Assembly: GCA_040414585.1 (NCBI GenBank)
Contig: JBEDUM010000175.1
Coordinates: 15,146-79,145, forward strand
Length of the DNA stretch: 64,000 nucleotides
Reading direction: 5' to 3'
DNA from: Sphingomicrobium sp.
GTDB lineage: Bacteria; Pseudomonadota; Alphaproteobacteria; Sphingomonadales; Sphingomonadaceae
The first letter of the stretch is position 1; the number at the start of each line of letters is the position of its first letter. Under the pieces are notes generated by a model, which had not been told where the DNA came from, did no database searches, and saw only the letters and a list, made by a program, of their open reading frames with translations. Positions 27,862 to 37,853 of this stretch are shown here, piece after piece. The position numbers and the translations under genes were made by a program.

Positions 27862-29373
27862 CTAGCGGCGCTTATGGCCAAGCACAATGCCGCCAAAGAT
27901 CAAACCGAAGCCGAGTAAAAGCGGGATTGAGTTGCCGAAGCGCGCGAACACCGGTGGCGAGACGGCGGGCGGCGGCAGCACGGCATCGATGAAGCCCGCC
28001 TTTCGCCACGGCAGGGACTTAACGACATCTCCGCGCGCGTCGATTACAGCACTGATGCCCGTCGGGGTCGCTCGAAGCACGGGCAAGCCTTCCTCCGCGG
28101 CGCGAAGCCGGGCTTGCGCCAGATGCTGGGGCGGTCCCCAGCTTCCGAACCAGGCGTCATTCGACGGGTTGAAGATGAAGCCCGGCCGATTGCTCGCATC
28201 GACGACATGACCCGAAAAGATAATCTCGTAGCAGAGCTGGAAGCCGACCTTGCCCCATTGGTCTCCAAGATCGATCGTCGTCGGACCCGGACCAGAAGCG
28301 AAGTCGATGTCGCCGGGGGCAAGCCGCGATAGGCCGAGCGACGACAGGAGCGGCCGCATCGGCAGGTATTCGCCATAAGGCACCAGATGTGCCTTATCGT
28401 AGCGCCCAGCAATTTTGCCGCCCGGAGCAATCACGAAGATACTGTTTGCGGCTCCGTCGATGTGGACGCCATCACGTGAGGCGATTGCGATGCCCCCGGT
28501 CAGCAGGCGGTCGTCAGGCCCTAGCGGGGCGGCAGCGCGCAGCCGCTGGAACTGGGCAAATCCCTGCGCGTCGCGGCGATCGTCCTGGACGGGATCGGTG
28601 ATCGCTGCCTCGGGCCAAAGCAACAGTCGCGCTTCGTTGCCCGGCGGGCCCGACAATTCCGCAAGCCGCCGGGCCGCCTCCTCGTCGAATCCCGGACGCC
28701 ATTTGTCCTCCTGGCCGATATTCGGCTGCACGATACGGACGTTGCGGACGGCGAGCGCGTCTGCAGGTACGCGTGACGAAGGCACGATCATCATCACCGC
28801 CGTCGCTCCAAAGATCAGCAGGAGCGGAAGCCACTTGCGATAATATTCGAGCCACACTGCTCCTCCGAGCAGGACCGTGAGGCCCGAGAGCCCATACGTG
28901 CCGATCAGCGGCGTGACGCCGATCAGCGGTGTCGGAGCGAGCGCGGCAGCAGCGGGATTCCATGGGAAACCGGTGAACATGGTGCCGCGGAGCCACTCGG
29001 TGATTGCCCATGCGCCGCCGAGGACGAGGACGAGAATGACGCGGTCGTTCTGCCCGAAGCGCCATGCGAGTCCGCTTGCTATTGCAGGATAGACGGCCAG
29101 ATAGATGGAGAGGAGCACGACTGCGACCCAGCCGAGCCACGGCGGCATCGCCGCCTGATAGGTGAAGGCGGTTGCGATCCAGTTGAGTCCGACAACGAAC
29201 TGCCCGAGCCCGAATGCCCACCCGATCAGCAGGCTTTGGCTGAAGGATTTGGTTCGATCCATCAGTTCGCAGAGTACAGCGAAGGCGACCGGCAGAAGTG
29301 GCCACCAGCCGACCGGCTCGAATGCGAAGGCGGAAACTGCGCCGGTGATGAACGCATAAAGAACGTACAGCAT
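27862..29373 (-). CDS. lnt: apolipoprotein N-acyltransferase
   Basis: WPE, YDK.HLVPYGEY, CYE nitrilase triad; TMs. Confidence 0.97.
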   Translation of the reverse strand: MLYVLYAFITGAVSAFAFEPVGWWPLLPVAFAVLCELMDRTKSFSQSLLIGWAFGLGQFVVGLNWIATAFTYQAAMPPWLGWVAVVLLSIYLAVYPAIASGLAWRFGQNDRVILVLVLGGAWAITEWLRGTMFTGFPWNPAAAALAPTPLIGVTPLIGTYGLSGLTVLLGGAVWLEYYRKWLPLLLIFGATAVMMIVPSSRVPADALAVRNVRIVQPNIGQEDKWRPGFDEEAARRLAELSGPPGNEARLLLWPEAAITDPVQDDRRDAQGFAQFQRLRAAAPLGPDDRLLTGGIAIASRDGVHIDGAANSIFVIAPGGKIAGRYDKAHLVPYGEYLPMRPLLSSLGLSRLAPGDIDFASGPGPTTIDLGDQWGKVGFQLCYEIIFSGHVVDASNRPGFIFNPSNDAWFGSWGPPQHLAQARLRAAEEGLPVLRATPTGISAVIDARGDVVKSLPWRKAGFIDAVLPPPAVSPPVFARFGNSIPLLLGFGLIFGGIVLGHKRR

Positions 29374-29381
29374 CGGTTGTT

Positions 29382-29455
29382 GTCATTGCGAGGAGTCAAC
29401 GACGAAGCAATCCAGAAAACGACCCTCTGGATTGCGTCGCCGCGCTCGCAATGAC
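29382..29455. repeat. GTCATTGCGAG-family REP doublet
   Basis: GTCATTGCGAGGAG...GCAATCCAG / CTGGATTGC...CTCGCAATGAC. Confidence 0.92.
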
Positions 29456-29466
29456 ATGGCGGAGGA

Positions 29467-29889
29467 ATGAGCCTTCCGCCCTTCCATCTCGCCTTTCCCG
29501 TTGACGACCTAGCGGCGGCGCGACGCTTCTACGGAGAGTCGCTTGGCTGTCGGGAGGGCCGCAGCGCCGAGCAATGGATCGACTTCGATCTTTTCGGGCA
29601 TCAGATCGTCGCGCACCTGGCACACAACGAAGTAAGCCGCCGCGCCACCAATCCAGTGGCCGGTGCGGACGTGCCGGTGCCGCACTTTGGAGTGGTGCTC
29701 CCAATGGACGAGTGGAAAGCCCTCGCACAGCGGTTGGAAAATGCCGGCATCGAGTTCGTTATTGCCCCGACCGTGCGCTTCGCTGGCCAGCCTGGCGAGC
29801 AGGCGACGATGTTCTTTTGCGATCCCGCCGGGAATGCACTCGAGTTCAAAGCCATGGCCGATCCGGCCAAGCTTTTCGCCAAAAATTAG
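29467..29889 (+). CDS. VOC/glyoxalase family protein
   Basis: FHLAF.V.DL, HQIVAH, HFG, F.DP.GNALEFK. Confidence 0.9.
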   Translation: MSLPPFHLAFPVDDLAAARRFYGESLGCREGRSAEQWIDFDLFGHQIVAHLAHNEVSRRATNPVAGADVPVPHFGVVLPMDEWKALAQRLENAGIEFVIAPTVRFAGQPGEQATMFFCDPAGNALEFKAMADPAKLFAKN

Positions 29890-30773
29890 TCGGCTTGGCG
29901 CTCGCTCTCGGGCGCGTGAAGCCTCACGCGCAGGATCCGGCGAGGATCGGAATCCAGCGCTTCGATTGTCCAGCCTGAGGGGTGCCTAACGCTTTCGCCT
30001 TTGGCCGGGATGTGGCCGGCCAGGAGAAAGACAAGTCCGCCGACAGTATCGACCTCGTCCTCCTTTGAGGACAGGCGCGCATCGACGGCCTGCGCAAGCT
30101 CATCGAGCTCCAGCCGGGCATCCGCGTCCCATACGCCCTCATCGACCATGGTGAGCATGCCGCGCTCTGCCTCGTCATGCTCGTCCTCGATCTCGCCGAC
30201 AATCTCCTCGACGACGTCCTCGATTGTGACCAAACCTTCAGTGCCGCCGAACTCGTCGACGACGATCGCCAGATGGATGCGCTCGGCGCGCATTCGCGCG
30301 AGTAGCTCGATCACGCCCATCGATTCGGGAATGAACAGCGGTTCGCGCATCAAGGCGCCGATCGAGCGGTCCCGAGAGGGATCGACGCTAGCCATGAACA
30401 CGTCCTTGATGTGGATCATTCCGACGACCTCATCGAGGCTTTCGCCATAAACGGGAAGGCGGCTGTGGCCGGCATCCGTGAAGGCCCGAACCAGTTCGTC
30501 GAAGGTGATCGTGGAAGGCACGGCCATGATGTCGCCGCGGGTTACGCAGATATCGCCCGCCGTCTGCTCGCCGAAATGGAGCAGGTTGCGAAGCATCTGG
30601 CGCTCTGTCGGGGAAAGGTCGCCGGCGACGGGGTGAGATCCCTGGCTCTCCTCGGCCTCGTCGATCGCCTCCTCGATCTCCGCGCGAAGCGTCGGCTCGG
30701 TATCCTCTCCGAAGATCAGGTGCCGCATGCCGCGCCACAGCCGCGAGCCGCCCTCCTCATGTCGCGTGGCCAT
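29886..30773 (-). CDS. corC: CBS + CorC_HlyC domain protein (YbeX/CorC)
   Basis: [23 protein letters not shown]. Confidence 0.92.
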   Translation of the reverse strand: MATRHEEGGSRLWRGMRHLIFGEDTEPTLRAEIEEAIDEAEESQGSHPVAGDLSPTERQMLRNLLHFGEQTAGDICVTRGDIMAVPSTITFDELVRAFTDAGHSRLPVYGESLDEVVGMIHIKDVFMASVDPSRDRSIGALMREPLFIPESMGVIELLARMRAERIHLAIVVDEFGGTEGLVTIEDVVEEIVGEIEDEHDEAERGMLTMVDEGVWDADARLELDELAQAVDARLSSKEDEVDTVGGLVFLLAGHIPAKGESVRHPSGWTIEALDSDPRRILRVRLHAPESERQAD

Positions 30774-31279
30774 CAGGCGGTCACCTCATAGGGACTGGTG
30801 ATGCCGAGGCGCTCGAGAGCGCGGACTTCGCGGGCTTCCATGTCCGCGGCGTCGCGCTCGTCGCGATGATCGTAGCCGAGCAAATGCAGTGTTCCGTGCA
30901 CGATCAGATGGGTTGCGTGCTCGTCAATGGAGACCCCCTTGTCCGCCGCTTCAGCTTCGCAGACGCCGTGGGCAAGGATTATGTCACCAAGCAACAATTC
31001 TTGGCTAGCAACATTTTCTCTTTTGAAATCAAGCTCGTCAGCCATTGGAAAGGAAAGCACGTTCGTCGGCTTGTCCTTGCCACGCCATTTGGCGTTGAGA
31101 GCGCGTACCTCTTCGTCGCCGGTCAACGTGACGGAGATTTCGAGTAGACGCTCGGAATCTGTGAGTTCCGGATATTGGCTTTCAGCGATGGCTGCTTCCG
31201 CCGCTTTTCGGGCGAGTTGGTCCCAGGAGCGGCTACTGTCCCATTCCTCGTCAGCGTCAAGGGCGATCTCAAGCATCAT
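30773..31279 (-). CDS. ybeY: rRNA maturation endoribonuclease YbeY
   Basis: KPTNVLSFP, HGTLHLLGYDH. Confidence 0.98.
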   Translation of the reverse strand: MMLEIALDADEEWDSSRSWDQLARKAAEAAIAESQYPELTDSERLLEISVTLTGDEEVRALNAKWRGKDKPTNVLSFPMADELDFKRENVASQELLLGDIILAHGVCEAEAADKGVSIDEHATHLIVHGTLHLLGYDHRDERDAADMEAREVRALERLGITSPYEVTA

Positions 31280-32268
31280 CGGCCAGGTCCTTCGTAGGCC
31301 TCCACGATGCGTCCTACCAGCGGGTGGCGCACGACATCCGCGGCAGTGAACCCGACGACCGCAATGCCCTTCACGTTCGACAAGCGCGACACAGCGTCCG
31401 CGAGGCCCGATTTCCCAGGATCGGGAAGATCGACCTGGCGAGGATCACCGCAGATGACCATCCGGCTGCGCATGCCGAAGCGGGTCAGGAACATCTTCAT
31501 CTGCAGCGGCGTGGTGTTCTGCGCCTCGTCCAGGATGATGAAGGCGTCGTTAAGCGTGCGGCCGCGCATGAAGGCGAGGGGGGCGATCTCGATTTCACCA
31601 GATGCAATGCGCCGCTCGACTTGTTCGGTCGGGAGCATGTCGTAGAGCGCGTCGTAGAGAGGGCGGAGATAGGGATCGACCTTCTCCTTCATGTCGCCCG
31701 GGAGGAAGCCTAAACGCTCGCCGGCCTCGACCGCCGGCCGTGACAGGATCAGCCGGTCGACGCTGCCGCTGATCAGCTGCGATACGGCTTGTGCAACCGC
31801 AAGGTAGGTCTTGCCGGTGCCCGCTGGCCCCAGCGCGAAGATCATCTCGTCCCGGGCAAGCGCTTCCATGTAGACGGTCTGCATCGCCGACCGTGGAACG
31901 ATCGTCTTCTTCCGCGTGCGGATCATCACCCGCGGCGCCGAAGTCACTTCCTCCTGGACGATGCCCTCAAGATTAGGCTGCACGGCCATACCGAGCACGG
32001 CCTCGACGGCCTCGGCGTCAACATCGTGGCCATTGTCCAGCCTGTTGTAGAGGCCGATGAGAACATCGCGCGCGCGGGCGGCCGCATCCGGTTCCCCTTC
32101 GATCTGCACGCGATTGCCGCGCGCCGCGATGTGGACGCCGAGCCGTTGCTCGATTGTGATCAGGTGCCGGTCATAATCGCCGAAGAGCGGCCCGAGCAGA
32201 TAAGGCTGGTCGAACTCCAGCTCAAGCCGGGCGCGGTCCGGAACGGCCTGCAAATCGCGACGCGCCAT
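31276..32268 (-). CDS. phoH: PhoH-like protein (YbeZ)
   Basis: GPAGTGKT, RPAVEAGE, RGRT, DEAQN. Confidence 0.96.
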   Translation of the reverse strand: MARRDLQAVPDRARLELEFDQPYLLGPLFGDYDRHLITIEQRLGVHIAARGNRVQIEGEPDAAARARDVLIGLYNRLDNGHDVDAEAVEAVLGMAVQPNLEGIVQEEVTSAPRVMIRTRKKTIVPRSAMQTVYMEALARDEMIFALGPAGTGKTYLAVAQAVSQLISGSVDRLILSRPAVEAGERLGFLPGDMKEKVDPYLRPLYDALYDMLPTEQVERRIASGEIEIAPLAFMRGRTLNDAFIILDEAQNTTPLQMKMFLTRFGMRSRMVICGDPRQVDLPDPGKSGLADAVSRLSNVKGIAVVGFTAADVVRHPLVGRIVEAYEGPGR

Positions 32269-33575
32269 CAGGCAGCTTCCATCTGACGAACGGCGCCGGT
32301 CATGCTGTTCGGCCCTGCCGCGACGAGTGTGACATCAACGATATCACCAGGTTTGCCGGCCGTCTCGACGTGGACCGACTGAAGCCAGGGGGAACGGCCG
32401 ACCTTCTGACCTTCGTGCTTGCCGTTGCGCTCGATCAGCACTTGCGTGTTCACGCCGACTTTCGATCGATTGAATGCCAGCTGGTGCGCGTTGATCCGTT
32501 CCTGGAGGCGCTGAAGACGATCATCCATGATTTCGCGGGGAATCTGGTCCTCCATCACTGCCGCCGGGGTACCCGGTCGTGCGCTGTATTTGAACGAATA
32601 AGCCGAAGCGTAGCGCACCTCGTCAACGATATTCAGCGTGGCCTGAAAGTCTTCTTCTGTCTCGCCCGGGAAGCCCACGATGAAGTCGCCTGAAAGGGCC
32701 ACGTCAGAACGCGCATCGCGCATCTTCTCCAATATGCTGAGATATGTTTCAGCCGTGTGGCTGCGGTTCATAGCTTTGAGGACGCGGTTGCTCCCCGACT
32801 GAACCGGCAGGTGAAGATAGGGCATCAGCTTTTCGACCTCGCCATGAGCCGCGATCAGCTCATCGATCATGTCCGTCGGATGGCTAGTCGTGTAGCGGAT
32901 GCGCTCCAGTCCATCGATCTTCGCAAGCGCGCGGATCAGGTTGGCGAGGCCGCGCCCCTCGTAACGCCAGGCATTCACGTTCTGCCCCAGGAGGACGATT
33001 TCGCGAGCGCCGGCTTCCACCAAGAGATCCGCTTCATCGACAATGTCTTTCCATGGTCGCGAAATCTCGGCGCCGCGTGTGTAGGGGACGACGCAATAGG
33101 TGCAGAATTTGTCGCAGCCCTCCTGGACGGTGAGGAAGGAACTCGGATTCGCGCGCCGCCGCGCCGGAAGCGCATCGAATTTCGTAATCGCCGGCATTTC
33201 TGTATCGACCGGTCGGCCGCCGCGGGTGGCTTCCGCAACCATTTCGGGCAGGCGATGATAGGCCTGAGGACCGACCACAATATCTATCATGGACGACCGG
33301 CGCTTCGCTTCAGCGCCCTCCGCCTGGGCGACGCAGCCGGCGAGCGCAATCAGAGGCTTAGAGCCATTTTCGCGCGTCAGGCGCCCGATGTCTGAATAGG
33401 CCTTCTCCGCGGCCTTTTCGCGGATGTGGCACGTGTTCAGGACGACGAGATCCGCGTCCTCGCCCTCGACGGCCGCGCTCATGCCTTCCTGACCAAGCAG
33501 CTCTGCCATTCGCTCGCCATCGTAAACGTTCATCTGGCAGCCAAAGCTCTTGATTTTGAAAGTCTTGGGTTTCAT
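32268..33575 (-). CDS. miaB: tRNA-i6A37 methylthiotransferase
   Basis: GCQMN, NTC, CDKFCTYC radical-SAM motif, TRAM domain. Confidence 0.98.
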   Translation of the reverse strand: MKPKTFKIKSFGCQMNVYDGERMAELLGQEGMSAAVEGEDADLVVLNTCHIREKAAEKAYSDIGRLTRENGSKPLIALAGCVAQAEGAEAKRRSSMIDIVVGPQAYHRLPEMVAEATRGGRPVDTEMPAITKFDALPARRRANPSSFLTVQEGCDKFCTYCVVPYTRGAEISRPWKDIVDEADLLVEAGAREIVLLGQNVNAWRYEGRGLANLIRALAKIDGLERIRYTTSHPTDMIDELIAAHGEVEKLMPYLHLPVQSGSNRVLKAMNRSHTAETYLSILEKMRDARSDVALSGDFIVGFPGETEEDFQATLNIVDEVRYASAYSFKYSARPGTPAAVMEDQIPREIMDDRLQRLQERINAHQLAFNRSKVGVNTQVLIERNGKHEGQKVGRSPWLQSVHVETAGKPGDIVDVTLVAAGPNSMTGAVRQMEAA

Positions 33576-34315
33576 CTATCCGCGCCTATAGGCGAGTGGA
33601 GGTGCGACGTTAAGCCGAGCGTCGCCGCAATCGCTTCGCGAGCTTCGTGCGCCAGTTGCTTGCGGTCCCCCGATCGGTCCAATGGCGGCAGAACGCGAAC
33701 CATCACCGGCAGCGTGCTGCGTCGGCCGAGAAGCCGCAGGATATTGTCCTTCCCCGGCTCGTGCCACCAGGCGATCTCCGCCGCCGCAGCGCCATAGGCG
33801 ACCGCTACCGGACGGATTTGAACGTCTTTTGCGGCGAAGTTCGCCGCCTCGAGCAGCGTCGAGCGAAACGGGAGCAAATGGGTGCCAGGACCTGTCGTCC
33901 CTTCCGGAAACAATATGACCGGTTTGGCGCCCTCGAGCGCCCTTGCGATCGCAATTGCCTGATCTTTCGCGCCCTTTCGGTGGGTCCGTTTCACATAGAC
34001 GGTAGCATTCTGGTCGGCGAGCCAATGGATCAGCGGATGGCCGAGCTGGTCTTTCGACACGAAGGCGCAATTCGTCGAGCCACCGAGGACGAGGATGTCG
34101 AGCCAGCTGGTGTGGTTCGAAACGAGAAGCGTATGTCTGGCGATCCGGCGGCGATTCACCTTCACTCGCGCTCCAATGATCCAGGCCGACCCCGCAAGAA
34201 ACCACTGCGGCCAAGGCGAGCGACGCAAAAGCAGCTTCGTTGCGATGTGTACGGGCGCGCAAATAGCAAAGAGTCCGATGACACCGGCAATGCGCAGTGC
34301 CGCACGGGCGTTCAC
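33572..34315 (-). CDS. lysophospholipid acyltransferase (PlsC/OlsA-like)
   Basis: NHTSWLD, FPEGT; GTG start at 34315 inferred. Confidence 0.9.
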   Translation of the reverse strand: MNARAALRIAGVIGLFAICAPVHIATKLLLRRSPWPQWFLAGSAWIIGARVKVNRRRIARHTLLVSNHTSWLDILVLGGSTNCAFVSKDQLGHPLIHWLADQNATVYVKRTHRKGAKDQAIAIARALEGAKPVILFPEGTTGPGTHLLPFRSTLLEAANFAAKDVQIRPVAVAYGAAAAEIAWWHEPGKDNILRLLGRRSTLPVMVRVLPPLDRSGDRKQLAHEAREAIAATLGLTSHLHSPIGADR

Positions 34316-34331
34316 GCCGGGCTGGTGACCG

Positions 34332-34754
34332 TCAACGATCCCGGTCGAGCCTGACGCCGTAAAGCTCCATGCGATGATCCACGAGCCGGAACCCGAGCCT
34401 TTCGGCAATGCGCTTCTGCAGCGCTTCGAGCTCATCATCGACGAACTCGATCACATTGCCTGTCTCGACGTCGATCAAATGATCGTGATGGGTCTCCGAC
34501 GCCGCTTCATAGCGCGATCTGCCGTCGCCGAACTCATGCCGCTCGAGGATGCCCGCCTCCTCGAATAGCCGGACCGTTCGATACACGGTCGCAATAGAAA
34601 TGTTCGGATCGATGGCCGAAGCGCGGGCATGCAAAGTTTCGACGTCCGGATGATCCTCGCTGTCGCCGAGCACGCGCGCGATCGTCTTGCGCTGTTCCGT
34701 GATCCGCAGCCCTTTGTCGGCGCAGAGTGCTTCGATATCGATTTTGCGGCTCAT
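34332..34754 (-). CDS. fur: Fur-family regulator (Fur/Mur)
   Basis: ATVYRT, HHDHL. Confidence 0.93.
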   Translation of the reverse strand: MSRKIDIEALCADKGLRITEQRKTIARVLGDSEDHPDVETLHARASAIDPNISIATVYRTVRLFEEAGILERHEFGDGRSRYEAASETHHDHLIDVETGNVIEFVDDELEALQKRIAERLGFRLVDHRMELYGVRLDRDR

Positions 34755-34847
34755 GAGGCCAAGGTAAGCATCGGTGCGAAGCTGGTCAAAGGCTTGATGT
34801 CATCCTGACCAACGTCAGGGCCGACGAACACGTACCTAAGCGGCGGT

Positions 34848-34866
34848 TCCAAGAAATGTTCTTGGA
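34848..34866. promoter_or_regulatory. perfect 8-3-8 inverted repeat between mucR and fur
   Basis: TCCAAGAA-ATG-TTCTTGGA. Confidence 0.4.
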
Positions 34867-34899
34867 CGCCCGACAAACGTCAGCACGAGGACTTGGCCG

Positions 34900-35328
34900 T
34901 CACTTACCGCCGCGGGTCCGCTTGCGCTTCGTGCCGAGGCCGATCGACTTGGCCAAAGTACGCCGCTGTTCGGCATAATTGGGCGCCACCATCGGATAGT
35001 CGGGCGAGAGGCCCCACTTCTGACGGTACTGGTCCGGCGTCATGTTGTAATGCGTCATGAGATGCCGCTTGAGCATCTTCAGCCGCTTTCCGTCTTCCAG
35101 GCAGACGATGTAGTCAGGCTTGACCGAGGAGCGGATCGATACTTTCGGTTCCGGTTTCGGCTCCGGAGCGGCGGAAGTCTGCGAAATCCCCGTCAAAGCA
35201 GCGTGAACATTCTGGATGAGATTCGGCAAGTCGTTGACTGCGACACTATTATTGCTGACATGCGCAGCAACAATGTCTGCTGTCAGAGTCAGCAAAGTGT
35301 CTTCGGTGCCTTGATTGTCGTCCATCAT
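34900..35328 (-). CDS. mucR: Ros/MucR zinc-finger transcriptional regulator
   Basis: TADIVAAHV, CLEDGK.LKMLKRHL..HY, YPMVAP.YA; start moved to 35328. Confidence 0.96.
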   Translation of the reverse strand: MMDDNQGTEDTLLTLTADIVAAHVSNNSVAVNDLPNLIQNVHAALTGISQTSAAPEPKPEPKVSIRSSVKPDYIVCLEDGKRLKMLKRHLMTHYNMTPDQYRQKWGLSPDYPMVAPNYAEQRRTLAKSIGLGTKRKRTRGGK

Positions 35329-35446
35329 TTTGTCCCGAGCTAGAGTACGACCCGTGCAATTAGAAACAGGTGCGCACCAACGTCCACTAGGATTAGTACT
35401 TAATTCGCGCAACGGTGCGGCACGTTACGATCGATTAATTGTTCGG

Positions 35447-35935
35447 TTAGACATTTTGCGCGAGGGTTATGGCGTCGAAACGCGACCCACCCGCAGCGTG
35501 ATAATAGTTCCGGCGCCTACCCACAGGAACAAACCCCGACGCGCTGTACATATCAATGGCCGGATTGCCGTCGCGGACCTCTAGGTGGACCCTCGTGACG
35601 CCATTCGCCCGGGCCCTGTCCATGAATTCGTCCAGCAGCATCGTCCCGATCCCCTGACGGTGCCGGTCCGGCTGGACGGCCAGGAGGAGCAGCTCTGCCT
35701 CGTCTGTCACGGTTCTCGACAGCGAAAAACCGATGATTGTGCCGCTTTCCATGTCGCGCCCGACGATGAGCGAGACTCCCGCCATTGGCAGGATCCCTGC
35801 GCACTGCGAACGGGTCCACGCCTCGCCGAAGCGGCTGCCGAATGCCGCGTCCATGACCTCCATCACATGATCAAGATCGCGAGAATCTCCGCGACGAAGA
35901 CGCACGGCATGGTCGAGAGCGGGAGTCGCCATCAC
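35447..35935 (-). CDS. rimI: RimI-like acetyltransferase
   Basis: ELLLLAV, HLEVR..N.A..MY...GF...GRR.NYY; follows tsaB. Confidence 0.8.
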   Translation of the reverse strand: MMATPALDHAVRLRRGDSRDLDHVMEVMDAAFGSRFGEAWTRSQCAGILPMAGVSLIVGRDMESGTIIGFSLSRTVTDEAELLLLAVQPDRHRQGIGTMLLDEFMDRARANGVTRVHLEVRDGNPAIDMYSASGFVPVGRRRNYYHAAGGSRFDAITLAQNV

Positions 35936-36537
35936 GCGGCCGCCTTAGCACGCGCATCCGGCGCTCGGGCATAGACAGGCTTGGCCGGCAAATTCCGGAG
36001 ATCACCCGGAAGGTTCAGGGCATTGGCAGCGGAAGGCCAGGCCTCGCGGGCTTCGCCCCAGCCGCGGGCTTCGACAAGCCGGCGCGCACCGGAGCCGACA
36101 ACCAAGTTCGCCGTCGTTGCTGCGGCCGCTGCCGTTGGCGCGAGGTTGCGAAGCTCGCTCACTGGCTCGCCAGCCGCGCCAAATTGCTGAACGAACAGCT
36201 CGCCGTGGCCGCCAATGATTGCGACGGCGACTTCGTCATGCTCGATCCCGGTGGCGATCAGCGCAAGCGACGACATTCCACGAAGCTCCGCACCCCAACC
36301 GATCGCCATCCCGTGTGCCGCAGCTATAGCGACGCGGATTCCTGTGAAGCTGCCCGGCCCAACGCCGACCAGAATGTCATTTGCGGAGTGGCCATCTAGC
36401 AGCTTGGCGATCATCGGCACCAGGCTCTCGGAGTGTCCGCGCCCGATCAACTCGTCCTTGCGCTGGACGCATACTCCCGTCTCGTCGAACAGGGCGGCGG
36501 TGCAGGCTGCACTGGACGTGTCGAATGCGAGAATCAT
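35932..36537 (-). CDS. tsaB: t6A biosynthesis protein TsaB
   Basis: LAFDTS, GHSE.L.P, GPGSFTGIR. Confidence 0.96.
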   Translation of the reverse strand: MILAFDTSSAACTAALFDETGVCVQRKDELIGRGHSESLVPMIAKLLDGHSANDILVGVGPGSFTGIRVAIAAAHGMAIGWGAELRGMSSLALIATGIEHDEVAVAIIGGHGELFVQQFGAAGEPVSELRNLAPTAAAAATTANLVVGSGARRLVEARGWGEAREAWPSAANALNLPGDLRNLPAKPVYARAPDARAKAAA

Positions 36538-36583
36538 CAAAGGGATAGTGGTCACATGCGACGCGAAGCCGCAACCCCGTCAG

Positions 36584-37156
36584 TTAGACGGCTTCGACAG
36601 TTTCAACCTCGGGCACATAGTGCCGGATCAGGCTTTCGATGCCGCGCTTGAGGGTCACAGTGGAGGAGGGGCAGCCCGAACAGGCCCCGTGCATCGACAG
36701 GTACAAGTGCCCGTCCCGATAGCCCTTGTAGGCGATGTCGCCGCCGTCCTGAGCGACGGCCGGGCGCACCCGAGTTTCGATCAACTCCTTGATCTGGCCG
36801 ATGATGTCGGCGTCCGCGGGATCTTCCTCGAAGTTGCTGTCATCTGCGACATGAATTCCCGTAGCCGTGCCCGGCGTGAACAAGGGCGCTCCACCTACAA
36901 AATGATCGAGGAGAGTCTCGATGACGAGCGGCTCGAGATCGGTCCAGGACACACCCGGCGCCGCCGTGACAGAGATGAAATCGCGGCCGTAGAAGACGCC
37001 CTCGACCAAGCCACTGTCGAACAGGGCCTTTGCCAACGGCGACTGCTCGGCCACCTCCGCGTCAGCGAAGTCACGCGTGCCCGCGTCCATCACCGTCTGT
37101 CCGGGCAGGAACTTGCGGGTCGCCGGATTGGGGGTCTGCTCGGTACGGATCAGCAT
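36584..37156 (-). CDS. NifU/NfuA-family Fe-S carrier
   Basis: TPNP..KFLP, RPAVAQDGGD, GACSGCPSS. Confidence 0.95.
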   Translation of the reverse strand: MLIRTEQTPNPATRKFLPGQTVMDAGTRDFADAEVAEQSPLAKALFDSGLVEGVFYGRDFISVTAAPGVSWTDLEPLVIETLLDHFVGGAPLFTPGTATGIHVADDSNFEEDPADADIIGQIKELIETRVRPAVAQDGGDIAYKGYRDGHLYLSMHGACSGCPSSTVTLKRGIESLIRHYVPEVETVEAV

Positions 37157-37187
37157 GGGTTGGATGTGGTCGTGCCGTCGGTCGCAA

Positions 37188-37853
37188 TCAAGAACTAAAG
37201 GGCGGAGCGCCGGCGATTACCCAGCGCACAATCCCGATTGAGATTGCTAGGCAGATAACCGCTACCCACCATTTGCCGGGCCTCATCGGCTGGGCGCCGG
37301 GATCGAGCACGGCGCGTCCGGTGATCATGGGTTTCGTCAGATGCTTTCCCCGAAGTCGATAAAAAAGGATGGCTCCTACATGCAGCACAATGAGAGCGAG
37401 GATCACGTTGAACCAAAGCTCGTGGATGTCGCGCGCTTTGTCTGACGTATCGATACTGACGAGACGATATAGTGGACCAGTGTAGAGCCCGTCTTCGTCC
37501 TCGGAGATCAGGCCGAGGCCTACCTGGACCGCGACCGCGGCGAATATTGCGATCACGCTCAACGCGCCCAGCGGATTGTGGCCGATCCCTGCCCAGCTGC
37601 CTCGAAGATAATTCGCAATTGCACGCGGCCCGCGCACGAAGCTCGCGAAGCGTGCGGTCGAGCTCCCGAACAGCCCCCACAGCAGTCGAAGAATCAGCAG
37701 CGTCAGGATCGCGCACCCTGACCAGATGTGCCAATCGGTGTGGTGGTTGTGGACGGACCACCAGCTGAACGCGATCAGCCCCGCGAGCAGCCAATGGACG
37801 AGTCGAACAACCGGGTCCCAGACCAGCTGGGCGCCGCTATCGCGCGAACTCAG
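37188..37853 (-). CDS. cytochrome b (Ni/Fe-hydrogenase b-type/YceJ-like)
   Basis: VWD..VRL.HW, GHNPLG, HE...LH; start uncertain (CTG overlapping the upstream stop, or 37895). Confidence 0.88.
   Translation of the reverse strand: MSSRDSGAQLVWDPVVRLVHWLLAGLIAFSWWSVHNHHTDWHIWSGCAILTLLILRLLWGLFGSSTARFASFVRGPRAIANYLRGSWAGIGHNPLGALSVIAIFAAVAVQVGLGLISEDEDGLYTGPLYRLVSIDTSDKARDIHELWFNVILALIVLHVGAILFYRLRGKHLTKPMITGRAVLDPGAQPMRPGKWWVAVICLAISIGIVRWVIAGAPPFSS

Noticed and set aside
27818-27862. SAM riboswitch before metK
   Set aside because: Only 43 nt between lnt and metK and no recognisable SAM-II motif.
35398-35440. CtrA box upstream of mucR
   Set aside because: TTAA half-sites are not at N7 spacing; only general AT richness.
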